Below, piece by piece: positions 32,563-45,800 of a stretch of DNA of 64,000 bases. The notes under the pieces are model-generated. The model was not told where the DNA came from, did no database searches, and saw nothing but the letters and a program-made list of their open reading frames with translations. The translations under genes and the position numbers were made by a program. This stretch comes from Nemertoderma westbladi (Eukaryota > Animalia > Xenacoelomorpha): NCBI GenBank assembly GCA_032718475.1, contig JAUCBJ010006914.1, positions 7,886 through 71,885 on the forward strand. The letters run 5' to 3'. Each line of letters starts with the position of its first letter. The first letter of the stretch is position 1.

Positions 32563-35500
32563 ATCCGTTTAGTTCGAATTGGATTATCTCGCTGTTTTAG
32601 CTGGAAAAACAGGATATCTCTCTCCGTGTCCCATTTCAAACCAAGCGTCTTGGTTTCTGGAAGATCGTCCTTGATAAGGTCTAGATCTTTAACTCCTCGG
32701 TCTTCTACCGGGATCGATTCCAGAAATTCACGGGAGTTACTGGTGAATTTAGTTAATCGAAATCCACCTCTTTTCAAGCACTCTACCGTTCCCTTGGCGA
32801 CATCAATGGCTTCTTCCACCGATGGGAGGGACTTTAAATTGTCGTCCATGTATATATCCCGTTTGATGTTACCGATAACCACTTTAGAGAAGGCGTCCCG
32901 GTTGTCATCAGCAGTGGTGCGCACTACTGAGCAGGCGTTTGAGGGGCTCGAGATGATCCCAAAAGCCTGGATGGTCATCCAGTACTCCACCGGTTTCTGG
33001 TTGAGGTCTCCTTCAGGCCACCACAGAAATCGTAGGCTGTCTCGATCCCTATTCAGCGCCTTAACTTGTAAGAACATGCCTTCTATATCCGAGGCGAAAG
33101 CAATCGAATATTGTCGTAATCTTAAGAGTATTCCCAACAAGGATTGGAGTAAGTTGGGTCCCGGCAACAACTCGGAGTTAAGGGATTGGCCCATGTAGAG
33201 GGCGAAGCCGTCAAATACTACCCGGACTTCGTTGGGTTTACCGGGTTTGGGAACGTAATGATGTGTTAAATAGTACGTTCTCTCAGTTATGGGTGTTTCT
33301 TCCTGTACTCGCTCCGCATATCCCTTGTCAATGAATTTCTTCAGCTGGGTCTTGTACATCTCCTTAGCTGAAGCATTTGCCGTAAGGCGTCGATGTAGTT
33401 GCGCGATTCTCTTCTCTGCCAAGGGTCGGTTATTTATAAAATTGGGTTCTCGCCGTCGGAAAGGCAGACCAATCTCATACCTACCTTGATCTTTAAGAAA
33501 ACGTGTAGTCGTTTCCTGTATCTGCTTGGCTCTTTCCTCTTCTACCGATAGGGCCTTATCATAGGAATTAGGCTCTACAGCTTCTTGAGTAAAGAATCGT
33601 ATGGCGTGTTCATCGCGAGTCTTCGCGTTGTAATGATCTATCACTTCATTCAGTTCGTCGTTGTAATCGACTTGTCCACCTGGATGGATGAGGTGACACA
33701 GGTTCACTTGGTTTTGCCAAGTTTCATTTTCCGTAAGGAGGTCGATGGTATTCTCCTTGTTGAATAGTTGATGAATATCGTCATTATCTGAGGAGTATGG
33801 TGTTCCCTCAGGTGTGTCGTCTCCCTCACTGATTTCCTCTTCCCATTCACTCACCTGGTGGACTTGATCTTTAGGTAGCCTTTCCATGAGTGTCCTACGG
33901 GAAGGTCCAGTAAAGTACCAACCTACTCTAGTTCTTCCTGCATAGGTTTGCAGTGATTGCGGTTGAGCAGGCCTTTTCTCTAATGTCTCAAGCGCCTCAT
34001 GCGCATTTTGGCCGATGAATATTTGTAACCCTGGGTAGTCGGTGTTGAATCTAGGTATCTCATGCTGCTGGGTGAAGTCGTCTTCATCCCAGTTATAAGG
34101 TTCCTCTTGGCTGGTAGCGAAGTTCTTTATCGCCACCATATTTACTGACCTTATACTGTGTTCTCCTAGTTCATCCTGGGGGGTGGATAACGCGCCTACA
34201 TAGTAGTCTGTAGCTACTGTAGATTTCCAAACCTGCATAATTCCTGAAAGGTTCAACTTAGTTCGGAACTTGGGTTGTCCAGCAAAGATGTCTTCGGCTA
34301 GTTCTTTGTCGATGAATGTTCCTGTGCTGCCGGAGTCAAGGAGGGCGTTCACTATATAGCTCTCTTTTAACCCGTGGACTCTCAACTGCACTACGGGAAA
34401 TTCTCGGATTCCTACGTTGGAAGTTGGCGCTTTCCAAGATGGTTGTCGGTCAGGAATAGTTAGGGGGAGCTCACTATCGGTTTCAGTCTCATATGTAAGT
34501 GCTCGATACACTGCGGTGTTTATCATATAGCAGGATTCGTTTTCGTCGGAGAATTCGTCCGTGTAAAATCCTTCCATCTCAGAACTGTGGTCAGTGTCGT
34601 TCACATCACTGAATTGGACATGTAGTTCAGACTCACTTACCTGACTCGGGCTGTTTCTTTCGAATTCGGTGTGCAACAAGATATGATGTTTCGCGCCGCA
34701 CTTAGCACAACTTGCGTCGGAGTAACAGGTTCGCCGTTGGTGTCCTTGTCTGAGACAATTATAACACAACCGCTTATCCCACATGACTTCGCGTCTATCT
34801 TTTAGGGATTTCTTTAAGAATTCATCACACACACTTAAACGATGGGGCCCATCGCACAATGCACATTTTGGTTTGATGTTACTTACTTTACCTTGGGTAG
34901 TGTTGGGTACACACGTTCTTTCCTCGGGCTTTCTTCCATGAACTCTCTTAGGAGACGTAGGAGGAGTTTTTGTTACCTGTTCTCTCCTGTCACTGGTTCG
35001 AGACTTAAAATTACTTACGTCTTTATGTGCTTTGTTGACATAGTAAGATCTTTCGGTGTCTTTCCCGCTGTTCTCCTCTTGAGAGGTTTGGCTTTCGCAG
35101 TCATCTGTATAACACACTGGGGTGACCTTTCTCCTAGAAACAGGTTTTTCAGTTACCTTATTTTCTGGTGTCTTCTCTCGGGACTGCTTTAGGAGCTGTA
35201 ATCTTACCTCTCCATTTAAGAATGACATGAGATCAGCCATGGTAGGGTCTCTTTGTTGCTGGTCCATCATATAGAGCACTTTCTTGTCCCACCGAGTACC
35301 TACTCCACCCTTTGGCAAAGTAGAGGCTACGGCTCCAATAACCATGGAACTCTGATATTCATGAGACTTACCTAACCAATCTAGTTGTCTACAGATCTCC
35401 CGAATCTCATCGGAAAACTCTATAATCCCGCTGCTAAGGAACTTTCGGGGCGCTACTAATTTCGCATACAAATACCTAGCTATGTTTGTCCTATTACCAT

Positions 35501-38173
35501 ACCTGATGTTTAGTGTATCCCAAACTTGTCTTAATCCATCTGGATGTCCAATAAACTTTAACGCCATTAACTTGGGAGGTCCTTCCAAACACTCGATGAG
35601 GAATCTAAGTTTCTCTCCGTTAGATAGTACAGAGTTCTGTATGTTATCTTTGTAATATTCATTAAAAGCTAACCATTTCATCTCATCTCCATTGAATTTG
35701 ACGATCTCTCCCACTTTTACCGCTTCACGGGCTTCGGTTCTAGCCATTTGACGCGTAAAACTTTCTTGGGCCATCGTGTTATTTAATATCGAGTTATCGG
35801 TATATAAATTTCTCGGATTATGATCAGGTCTAAATTGAATATCATTGTCAACAGGTTTATAATTACCCTTAATAGTGTTTACTATAGGAGTTTCTACTTC
35901 ACTAGCAGTATAGATGCGTGTAGGCTCCACACCTTGCGCATGAAATACTTCAGACCTAACAGGTTGACACATTGTTACATGGGGTGGTGGTATACTCCTT
36001 TGTATATTTACTAATTTATCGCGTTCTAACGCGATACTCTGCTGCACTTCTTGCAACTCTAACCTACTTTCCCTTACTGTTCCCTTGAACTGTTGAACAG
36101 TCTCCTGCATCTGCCCGAGCAGGAGATCCATCCCCCGCCGTCCCTCATCCACCCACTCGACCGCCGAAGCGGGAGCCGCCAACATAGTAGCGGGTAGACG
36201 AGGGACGACGGGTGATAAATCGTTGATGTCTCGCTCGGCGTCCAGGACAGGAATTCTCTCAGGGGCTGTTCTACTGGGCACAGGTAGTTTAGTGCTGTGC
36301 AAAGGGAATTTAGAGTTGGGTTCTGGAAGTACAGGTGTCTCTATCACCAAAGGGGTGGCTTCGAGAACAGGCCTAATTATTTCAGGCTCATCTACTATAG
36401 TAGGGAGTCTTTCTACTCTAATAATTTGGTCTGTGGGTTCTGTACTACCTAAGTCTGCGCTAGCTAGTTGCCTTCTCACAGCTGGGGGCAAATTAGGCAA
36501 TTTCTGATGATGAGGCGTTCTTCTACGTCTGCTGGAACGAGATCTATTTCCTCCGCCTTCAGGATCTGTTGTATCGCCTTCATCAGATGATGCAAATCCC
36601 TGTCTCTTGGGAGTAGATCGACTTATCATCTGCATATACTTAGCTGTTCTTTGTTTATTGAAGTAATCTTGCTTCTCTTGAAGATTTTCCAACTCTAGTT
36701 TGACTGTCTCTTCAGATGCCCTCCGTTCTGCTGCTGCCACTGCCTCTGCCGCCTTTCTTTCCGCTTCTGCCGCTGCTACCTTTCTTTCCGCTTCTGCCTC
36801 TGCCGCCGCCATTGCCGCTGCCGCTTTTCTTTCCGCTTCTGCCGCTGCCGCTTTTCTTTCCGCTTCTGCCGCTGCCGCTTTTCTTTCAACTTCTGCCGCT
36901 GCAGCTGCCGCTTTTCTTTCAGCCTCTGCCACTGCCGCTGCAGCTGCCGCTTTTCTTTCAACTTCTGCCGCTGCCGCTGCCGCTGCTGCTGCCTTTCTGT
37001 CTTCTATCCATTTTTTCTTTAATAATTGTTGTTCCTGTTCCCTGGCGATGAGGATGCTTTCATCAAATTTAGCATGCTCTACGGCTAACATTTCCGCATC
37101 TAATGCGTCTAACACAAATTTGGCTCCCTCACTAGTAGGATGAAGTCCAGACAGTCGTCTCCTTAGCTCTTCGTCTCCTATAAATCGTTGATAGTCCGAC
37201 AGATAGATGTCAATAGCGTCCTTCTTCTGAGGTTTCTCCAATGTCGCTTCGCTTTCCACTTGAGAAAAGGTAGCGTCTGTTGATTCTCCATGGGTTGAGC
37301 GTTCAGCCAGCTGAATTTTCCATTGGGTTGTTCCTTGGACTTTAAGACTTACCCGTTGGAACCAAGTCTTTACGGCAACTTGCAACGACGTGTCTTGGCT
37401 TCTCTTCGAGGCTTCCTCAAAGGCCGAAAGGATCAGTCTGATTCTTAGGATTCTTTCTCGAACTTGGTAAAGCAGCTCTCCCTGCTCTTGAGGTCCTTGG
37501 GGTTGTTGAAACAGTTGTTCCTCTAATCTCTCCAAAGAGCTGAAGAATCCCTGTACATATCCTGCTGCCGACCTCTTCCACACAGCTGGATCTCTTGTGT
37601 ATTTTGTCACTCCCATCCTGTATAGGTCCTCCCAGGCAGCTTCCGATAAGTTAAACGGGAGTCCGGGTCCGGGGAAGTTCCATTGCGTCACGACAATAGA
37701 CTTCAGTTCCTCCCTTGTGTATCCCGCATAACTGTCCTTGGTTGATCGCTTACTTCTCGCCCAATCGATTTGATGTTCTTCTACCGCAATCAATACCCTA
37801 GTGAGTACGGCTTCAGGAAGAATGAGAAGTGGATCCGAATAAACTGCTTCTGCCATCTTGGCTCTGCGTTCGGATGTCAACTCTACCATATCTGAACTAC
37901 TGGAGCTATCGGGCCGCTGAGAAATAAGTTCTCGGTTCGAGTGTTGCTGCTGTTTAACAGCTGCCTCTTGGTCCCGCTTGACTTGAGCCCGAGTGCCTAT
38001 GATAGACCTACGGTACTTTACTAGCCTAGGGTCGGATACTACTACTGGAGGGATGACCTTCTTACAGTAGGAGGGGACTTGAACTTCGGTCTCAAACGTT
38101 CCGCACTCCTATCTGGATCGCAGACTGTTGTTTCTAGGAGACTATCTGACAGATTTTGCTTTGTGTCAGCCAT
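32487..38173 (-). pseudogene. A2 gag-protease-RT polyprotein (1800-aa open stretch 32487-37889; true ATG 38173 with a frameshift near 38060)
   Basis: Gag knuckles CALC/CYNC/CAKC, protease LLDSGS, BEL RT motifs YYLTHH, RVVFD, SLN..L.GPNL, DIEGMFLQV, YMDD, GGF.L.KF.SNS. Confidence 0.92.
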
Positions 38174-40068
38174 GTTTGTTTGTACAGTTGAATGCCCACT
38201 ACTACAACTACAGTTAAAGCAAGTCTAGTAATCCAGCACTAACTATAAGCCTAGTAATTAATTACCGATACCGTTACTCAGTGTAATGTGATATATACAA
38301 TATATTAGAATACCGGTATACACTTATAGTATATAATATAAGTATTATTACAGACTAGAATTAGTCACAGAATACCGGTATATAATTTCAGCATAAATAT
38401 TAAAATATATAATAAGCCTATCGTGAATACCGGTATACAGCATACACCTATAGTATATATAAGTATAATTATAGACTAGAATTAATTACAGAATACCGGT
38501 ATATAATTTCAGCTTAAATTTATAGAAATAAATATAATAAGCCTATCGTAAATACCGGTATGTCAATTATTTTATAATAACTGAATTTATGAATTTTAGG
38601 GTTACTTTACGTTACTTTATTACCGTTATTTAAGCAGTAGTCCAACTAATATTAAGACCTAATTGATGGATGACAGGCCTACTATTTTATAAATCGGTTT
38701 GAGTTGATTTATAATATATATATACCCGTTTAATGGGTTTTTGTTACAATATTTGAAATAAATGTTATTATTTCTAGGTAAGGAGTCACTTCACAGAAGC
38801 TGAACGCTCTCAGTGGAGTGCTACTTATTGGACACTAAAACAAATAATTCTAATTTACTAAGTTACTTATTACTACAAATTACGTACAATTACTGTGTGA
38901 GATTACAATCTCTAAATAAAAACAAAAGTTACACGTACAAATTTTAGGGGTAATTTTACAAGAAATCTACAAACCAGCCTAACAAGGAGTTAGAATTTCT
39001 GGTTCTTACAAACAAACGGACAGGATACTACGGTATTTGAAAATAATAAAGCAGTAGTAAAGATATTGCGTTGTCTAGATAAGAAAATACCACCGTCTGA
39101 TGACTTATAGTCTCTAGCTTTACAGCTCTATAAGTACTACGTTATGTACCCGGAGTGTCCCTACCTAGAAGTTAATTACCGCAGCCAACCAGAGAGCTAA
39201 CGTGCCTATTAACCACTTTACAACACAAATATACTGCCTACACACTAATTACTTTCGGAAAGCACTGTACACTAAACCCTAAATTAGGTACAAGTACTTA
39301 TACAACAAATTACCAGCAGTTAAAAATACTTGTACAGCTAAAAGAACCACGGTATCTGCTGGAGTGACTAGAGCATAAAATCACCAGTCTTTACCTACGC
39401 CAAACATCCCTGATGTAGTACCGGGCTTAATTTAACTATAACGGTATGTATAACAAGCACAATTACTGTAGGAATAAACTTAGGGTTGTGTATGTTGCGA
39501 ATAATCGCATAAACTCTGAATAATAAATATTACGCTACCCGTACAGACTACACAAACAAAATACAAACCAAATGCTGACAGACTACTATCAAGCCTAAAT
39601 AAACTACAGTATATGCAGACTCCGAAATGGTTAGTTAGTATACGTTCTAACCGAGTAGTACGACTTATTCTTTCGGAGGGGATTTACCTTACAACACTGG
39701 ATGCCCCCACCTTCCTAACTAGTATTTTATCGGACATACACTCTACACACACTGCAATCTCTTCGGACCTGACAACAGCCAGACAACAATCCAGCCTACA
39801 AATTATTTGTACAATCTGAGCAGGCTTACACGCCTTCTGCTCAATATTAACTTACAGATAAATAAAACTGACAGAAATAAGTAAAATCCCAATAAAAAAC
39901 CAGGCGTCCCTGATTAAATATTAAGACCTACTGGTATATAATTATCAAAATCGAATAATACTGCTGTACCTGTAAGTACCGGTTCGGGCAGTTGGGCAGT
40001 TAGGCCTACAGCTTACCGGTCGACCGGTACGTTTGACTTTATTGCCTACGGTGCAATAAAGAATCTGA

Positions 40069-40079
40069 AAATCTATTAT
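40069..40079 (-). promoter_or_regulatory. Non-tRNA primer-binding site of A2, complementary to LTR site 40882-40892
   Basis: Minus-strand ATAATAGATTT directly after the 5' LTR pairs with minus-strand AAATCTATTAT in the LTR. Confidence 0.75.
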
Positions 40080-41315
40080 TGTTCGCGCTTTCAGACCTTT
40101 AGCAGTTTAACCTGCCAATTTTAGGTGTCCTCTTGTTTATAAATCGACTTTAGCTTATAACAATTATTTAATGCACATGAAGTAACATTAGCCGAAGCCA
40201 GTCTATGCGCGATCATTCACCCACAGTTAAGGGAGACTGGATTCGGATGCTTTGACCTTATTGCGTTTCAGACCTACTGTATTATTCGATTGATTGTTAC
40301 TATATAATCTCTGACAATATTATTCACTTTCAGGGAAATATTAACAGTTCCTTTAGGACGTGGCGCTTTAAGTATAAAACAGAGTTATGACTTATACTAA
40401 ACACAACGAGATGGCTAATGATTTTCGTAAATAGCGCATTCTTTAGGAGATGCTTTATTATCTGTCACACTGCTGCATACGATTTCGCACTGCTGCACAT
40501 TGATCTGCAGACCGTCGCTGAATTTGATCATATATAAGGAGGATAGCAACTGACACATGTAGGGATTATGAAATAGCATTTAATGCACACTAAACCACTG
40601 TAATGTAAGTCGCAATTGCTACCGGTAACCGGTCCCTCTAACCTTTAGTAATCAAGAAGATTGGGGTTTTATGATTATTTATCGATATTCTCCAAATATA
40701 ACAACATATCCATCAACATATAACCATTAATAACAGACAGAAAACAGAAGTACAATAATGCGGTGATATTCAGCCAGTATCGGTAATACCGGTACCGCAG
40801 GTGCCAAGTGACCAGTTGTTATGGTTAGTTGCACAGTTGCACAGTGCAGCAGGGCCAGTAATGCATCCAGTCAGTCCAGAGATAATAGATTTACGTTCTT
40901 GTAATCAAAGCGGTCTAATGTTGGCCAAAGTCTGAAACTTCTAACACAGAAGTACAGAATAATTTCTAAGCAGTTGTTCTCGCTCAGAAAGGTAAAACCA
41001 AGACCGTCATGCATTGCGCGGTTTTCTGTAGGCCTCTGTGCAAAATAAAATGAAAATCGCTCTGATTGGTCGAGCGAGCCGAACAAAGAAAGTTAAGAAA
41101 GCTCCACATCGACATCAAATCAGCTGACAGATGTCGTCATCTGAACTACACTCTATTTAGAGTATTTGGTGTATTGCGGCATAAAATGGCTTGTTATGTC
41201 CGCTAAAACACCTACAGGGTACATTGCGGAGAAAATGGCTTGTTATGTCCGCTAAAACAACTAAACATTTTTTTGCGGAGAAAAATGACTGGTTATATCC
41301 GCAAAAGCTTTTACA
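40080..41315 (-). repeat. 5' LTR of A2 (1236 bp)
   Basis: Direct repeat of 25408-26643; TG...CA termini; TSD adjacent. Confidence 0.95.
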
Positions 41316-41320
41316 GTCTC

Positions 41321-41498
41321 AAAAAAAGTGCCAAAAGTAGGGTTAAAAAATGGTGCTATAACTCGAAAAGTACCCAATATTTTTGAAAACGGTTTTCACT
41401 ACTAGGAAGACAATAGATTTTTAGGAAAAGTCTTAAAATTTCAGATTCCCAACTGCGTTTGTTTTAGAATTATAATAAAAAAACCACGGCGGGGTCAT
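41321..41498 (+). mobile_element. Right part of the piggyBac-type MITE split by A2; terminal ~30 bp missing
   Basis: Reverse complement of ~58520-58700; similarity stops at GGGGTCAT. Confidence 0.8.
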
Positions 41499-41862
41499 TC
41501 TAAAAACTGATAGTGTGGCATTGTTGGCTAGAATTAGTAGGTATTTCACTATGCTGAATCGAATGTAATTATATTCCATTTCCTAAAATTGAACTGGATG
41601 CTATTTTTCGTGCAACTAAGAAGTGGGCGTGGCACTTCAAATTTTGAAAAATACCCCCATCTTTTGATTTCAACTCGTTTTTATAGGTTTTCTGGACTGC
41701 TGAATCGATTGAAAATATTATCGAAGCCTGGCGCCACCTAGCGAGGTATGGCAATACTGCTTTTTACCGAATGTATATATAGTGCAATTTAAATCATAAT
41801 TATCAGACTCGGTATTATTTTACATACCCCACGTTGGGTAGCTAATAGGCCATACTTTTCAG

Positions 41863-42073
41863 CACTACACTACACTACACTACACTACACTACACTACAC
41901 TACACTACACTACACTACACTACACTACACTACACTACACTACACTACACTACACTACACTACACTACACTACACTACACTACACTACACTACACTACAC
42001 TACACTTCACTACACTACACTACACTACACTACACTACACTACACTACACTACACTACACTACACTACACTAC
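41863..42073. repeat. (CACTA)n microsatellite, ~42 units
   Basis: Direct observation. Confidence 0.97.
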
Positions 42074-42074
42074 T

Positions 42075-42191
42075 TACTGACTTCCGAATCCATGATCCCA
42101 GGTAACAGAAGTCATCCACATGCTCAAGCATACCATCTTTTGAGTTTATGCTCATCCGATCAAAGTTAACTGTCAACATTTTGGTCTTTCT
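42075..42191 (-). pseudogene. Short RTE-like LINE RT fragment at the B2 insertion site
   Basis: Minus strand translates KTKMLTVN..LEHVDDFCYLGSWI (KTK.M..V..F.YLGS motif of LINE RT). Confidence 0.65.
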
Positions 42192-42753
42192 TGTTAGCTT
42201 ATCCAATTCCGCTAACCTACCCCATAAAGTGAGCCGTTAAGCAATATTGGGAACACGAGGTTGATTACCAATATCAACCTCGTATCACCCAACAAAGTGG
42301 GAAGGAGAAAATACACACACACACGCACAATAAGGGTCAGGGGTTACACCCTTGAAAGAGAGAGAATAGCAGGGGCGAAGGGAAGCACTTCAGGGGGGGC
42401 AAAGGGCGACAACAGGGTTATTAGCCAATGGGGGGAAGGCACCGGCTGGGTAACGTAACTTGGCCAACCGTGCAATATATATTATCAGTGCAGTAATCAT
42501 TTCGTTCACTTATAGTAAGTCAGCTTAGCTAGGGTAGTACCGGAACTTCAATTACTGTCTTCGTATACCATCCGTGTATCCAATATCATATCATATACCT
42601 TGTGTCATCGTTTATATATCTTATATCATATCCTTACTATTATACCCAGAAGACTATATACAGCGATCAATAACTCTCTTTACCTTTCACACACGGCGGG
42701 GACGCGTAGATTGAAAACCGGATAAACTGGGATCCTTCATAGATCCCGTCACA
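42192..42753 (+). repeat. 5' LTR of B2 (562 bp)
   Basis: TGTTAGC...GATCCCGTCACA; CCAAT (~42425) and TATA-like (~42475) motifs shared with B1 LTR; gag ATG 60 bp downstream. Confidence 0.85.
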
Positions 42754-42813
42754 GTAATTTAATCCAAACTGCCGCCCTAGTTAAACAGCCCAAACTGACT
42801 GCCAGATACCAAG

Positions 42814-45800
42814 ATGAGTCGAACAGGAGAGACGACACCGCCGCGGACCCTGGACGGAGACCTAACGATCCGCGAGGCCGCGACCAGACTGTATAGACCC
42901 GCGACGCCGGACCCATCGGTAACGGGAGATCCGGCAATCCAAGATGAGGGGGGCCGTCTACAACCGGAGAGCGAGTTGAGAGAAAGGAGAGACGAGTCGG
43001 GAGAAGAGAAAGACGAGTCGATGGGGAGCGGGGGTCGACGTACCGATGTCGCCGGCCAGCCACATGCCGAGGGCGACAGACGGTCCACCGGAACGGTGAC
43101 GGTGGAACCGACGGTACGACGCCGAACCCGGAGAGATGGAGGAGATGTCGGCGATGAGGACATCGGGGTCAGCGATCGACTTCGACGGGCCTACAACGCG
43201 ACCCGGAAGATACTCAAAGAGGCCAAAGGAGGGGCGAAGATAGATGAGGTAAAGTTGAAGAAAAGATTAGGTGAGTCGAACGAACATTTCAACTATCTAA
43301 TGTGCTTTGGACAGAGAGAACTAGCCGAGGACAGAGCGAAAGGGGTTGCCAGCGAACTGTCTGATCTATGGGAGTGTATGAGTATGCGGGCTAGTGTAGT
43401 GTACATAGGGCCATACTTAGTCGATGCCCGGGGGATAAAATTAGTGGGTTGGAGGAGACCGCAGGAGGGCGAATCCGAGGTTAACCCCAAGGATTCCGTC
43501 TCGTCGGTCGGAGGAAGTTCCGGGAGGCGGGGGAAAGTTAGTAGGACGGGAAGGCGGAGGGAATCCGTTGCAACTGATAAGTCTGCTACATCCTCCGCAA
43601 AAGAAAGACGGGTGATGGAATTAAATTTGGCTTACCAAGTCGATCTAGCGGCGCAAGACCAGAGAGAAATAGAGAGACAGTTAGAGGAGGGGAAAGCGCT
43701 ATTAGAGAAGGAAATGGAACTGGTTAGGGAGACCGGAGAGAGGGCCGAGAAGGCCGCGAGAAGCTTTAGGGAGTGTGAGGAAATAGGGAGGAAGGAACAA
43801 GAGGAGCGTGAAGCGAGAGACCAGAGTGAACGTAAAGAGCGTGAGGCGGAACGTAAAGAGCGTGAGGCGGAACGTAAGGAGCGTGAGGCGGAAAGCAAAG
43901 AGCGTGAGGTGGCGAGGGAGGCAAGACGAATGCAGGGAGCCGCGAGAGAGAGGGAATTGGCCGAGCAAAGCGCGCGGGAGAATAAGGAGAGAATGGCAGA
44001 GGAGACGCGTGTACGGGAGGTTTTAAATGCCCGTCGGAGGGAGCTTATTCAGTACCAAGCCATAAAGAAACACAAACTGAAACTGGCGCAAATGGGGTTG
44101 TCAGAGAGTGACGCTGGCTCGACTGCTTTCGAGGGGCCAAGGGTCGTGGAAACATTTATTAATACCCCACTTACAGGAACCGCATGACAAACCCGAGAAT
44201 GGTGTGACCGTACAGGCGGGTGGGGGGGGGGGGGGTAATAATAATACTACAGTAGACGACGTTAATATTAATAGTACCATATTAGATAATCCTAACCAAA
44301 CCTTTATTCCAGGAAATATTTTACCTAGTAGTCTAGTAGTAATTTAAACTTAAATGCATTTAATCCAAATAATTTAAATAATGATCCAAACCCGAATTTG
44401 CAAAATAATCCAAATAATGTACCCACGCAAAATAATTCAAATAATCCTATCTCGAACGAACAAAATAATTCTGTTTCTAATTTTGGTGCACAAAATAATT
44501 TAGGTGAACTAGAGGGCCAAATTGGCGACAACCACAGTGGTGCTATTAACGTGAACGTGTCGGACATACACAACCCGGCAAAAGGGGGCCTGGTAGGCCA
44601 CGTAGTTGGTAGGCAGGAAGTGGCGGGGTTAAGCCAACCCGACGGGGGCCTGGTAGGCCACGTAGTTGGTAGGCAGGAGGTAGCGGGGTTGAACCAACCT
44701 GAGGTGGGCCTGGTAGGCCACGCAGTAGTAGAGAGAGAGGCGGGGGTGAATGGACCCAGCCGTAGTAGAGACAGTGCGTCGACTAGAGAGGGGTGTAGAG
44801 GTGAAGTGAGAGATAGTGAAGTGAAATGTGGCGAGTGGGGGGGGGGGGGTACGGAGCGCCCCATCACGGAAAATTAGTGACGAGAAAAGGGGGGTGGAGA
44901 ATGTCCGACAGGAGGGACGCAGAAGTGTGGTAGGAGATGGTGAAGTTAGATGCGGCGGGTGGGGGGGGCTACGGGCGCCCCACCACAACAGATTAGTAGC
45001 GAGAGGGGGGGGGGGGGGCAGAGAGTGTCCCACAGGCGTCGGCGGATAATGCGCGGGTCGAGCTAGGTAAACCGCAACACCCGGCGACAGAGAGTAATAG
45101 GGGGATTGCGAGTATCCCCAGCGACGTGCGATCGAGCAGAGAGAGGCAGGTTGACGTCGCGAGAGGGCAGACGAAGCGTCGAGCCCGATCAGAAGAGGGA
45201 AGAAGAACAGTGGAGTTTAACCGGGAGATGGAGGAGAGATCTCATGAGCGGGAATACTGCACTGGAGAGAGAAGAAGAGAAGATAGTAGGAGAAGTGTCG
45301 CCGCGAACGATAGGAGAGCGAGGACGGATAGCGAGCCATCGATAGTCGAGATGGGAACGGAGAGTCGGTGGGGTCGAACTTCGGGAGATTGCCGTCGCCC
45401 CGGAGAAGCGCGACCTGACGAGGCGCACCACGCGCCGATAGGGGGGTACACGATGTACCGACATGAGGACGAGAGTAGTGGAGGGGGTCGAAGAGAAACT
45501 TTCCGGCGGAATATAGCTACCGATCGAGAATACGGTAGCCGCGGGGAGGATTATTCGAGAAGATTAAACTTCGATCCCGAGCGGCACATACAGACTGTAG
45601 GACATACTGTAGGCCTTACTGCACATACCATAGGTCATGCTGACAGGAATAATGTAGGCGATAGGATAGCGCGGACGACGGGATTAAACCCGGAAGTCGC
45701 GGAGTACATACCGGCAGGTAGGCCAGGAGCTGATAGGCCTATACCGGTACCAGCACAGCAGTATGACTACAGCATGCAAGGGCATAACATATACCCAGGG

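Larger units (their letters stand above)
25408..41315 (-). mobile_element. BEL/Pao LTR retrotransposon family A, copy A2, full length (15.9 kb) with a few disabling mutations
   Basis: Two 1236-bp LTRs; TSD GTCTC (25403-25407, 41316-41320); gag-PR-RT-RH-IN order; accessory ORF X. Confidence 0.95.

Noticed and set aside
41863-42073. CACTA (En/Spm) transposon terminus or telomeric array
   Set aside because: Simple tandem pentamer; no TIR pair, TSD or transposase; interstitial and not a telomere motif I recognise
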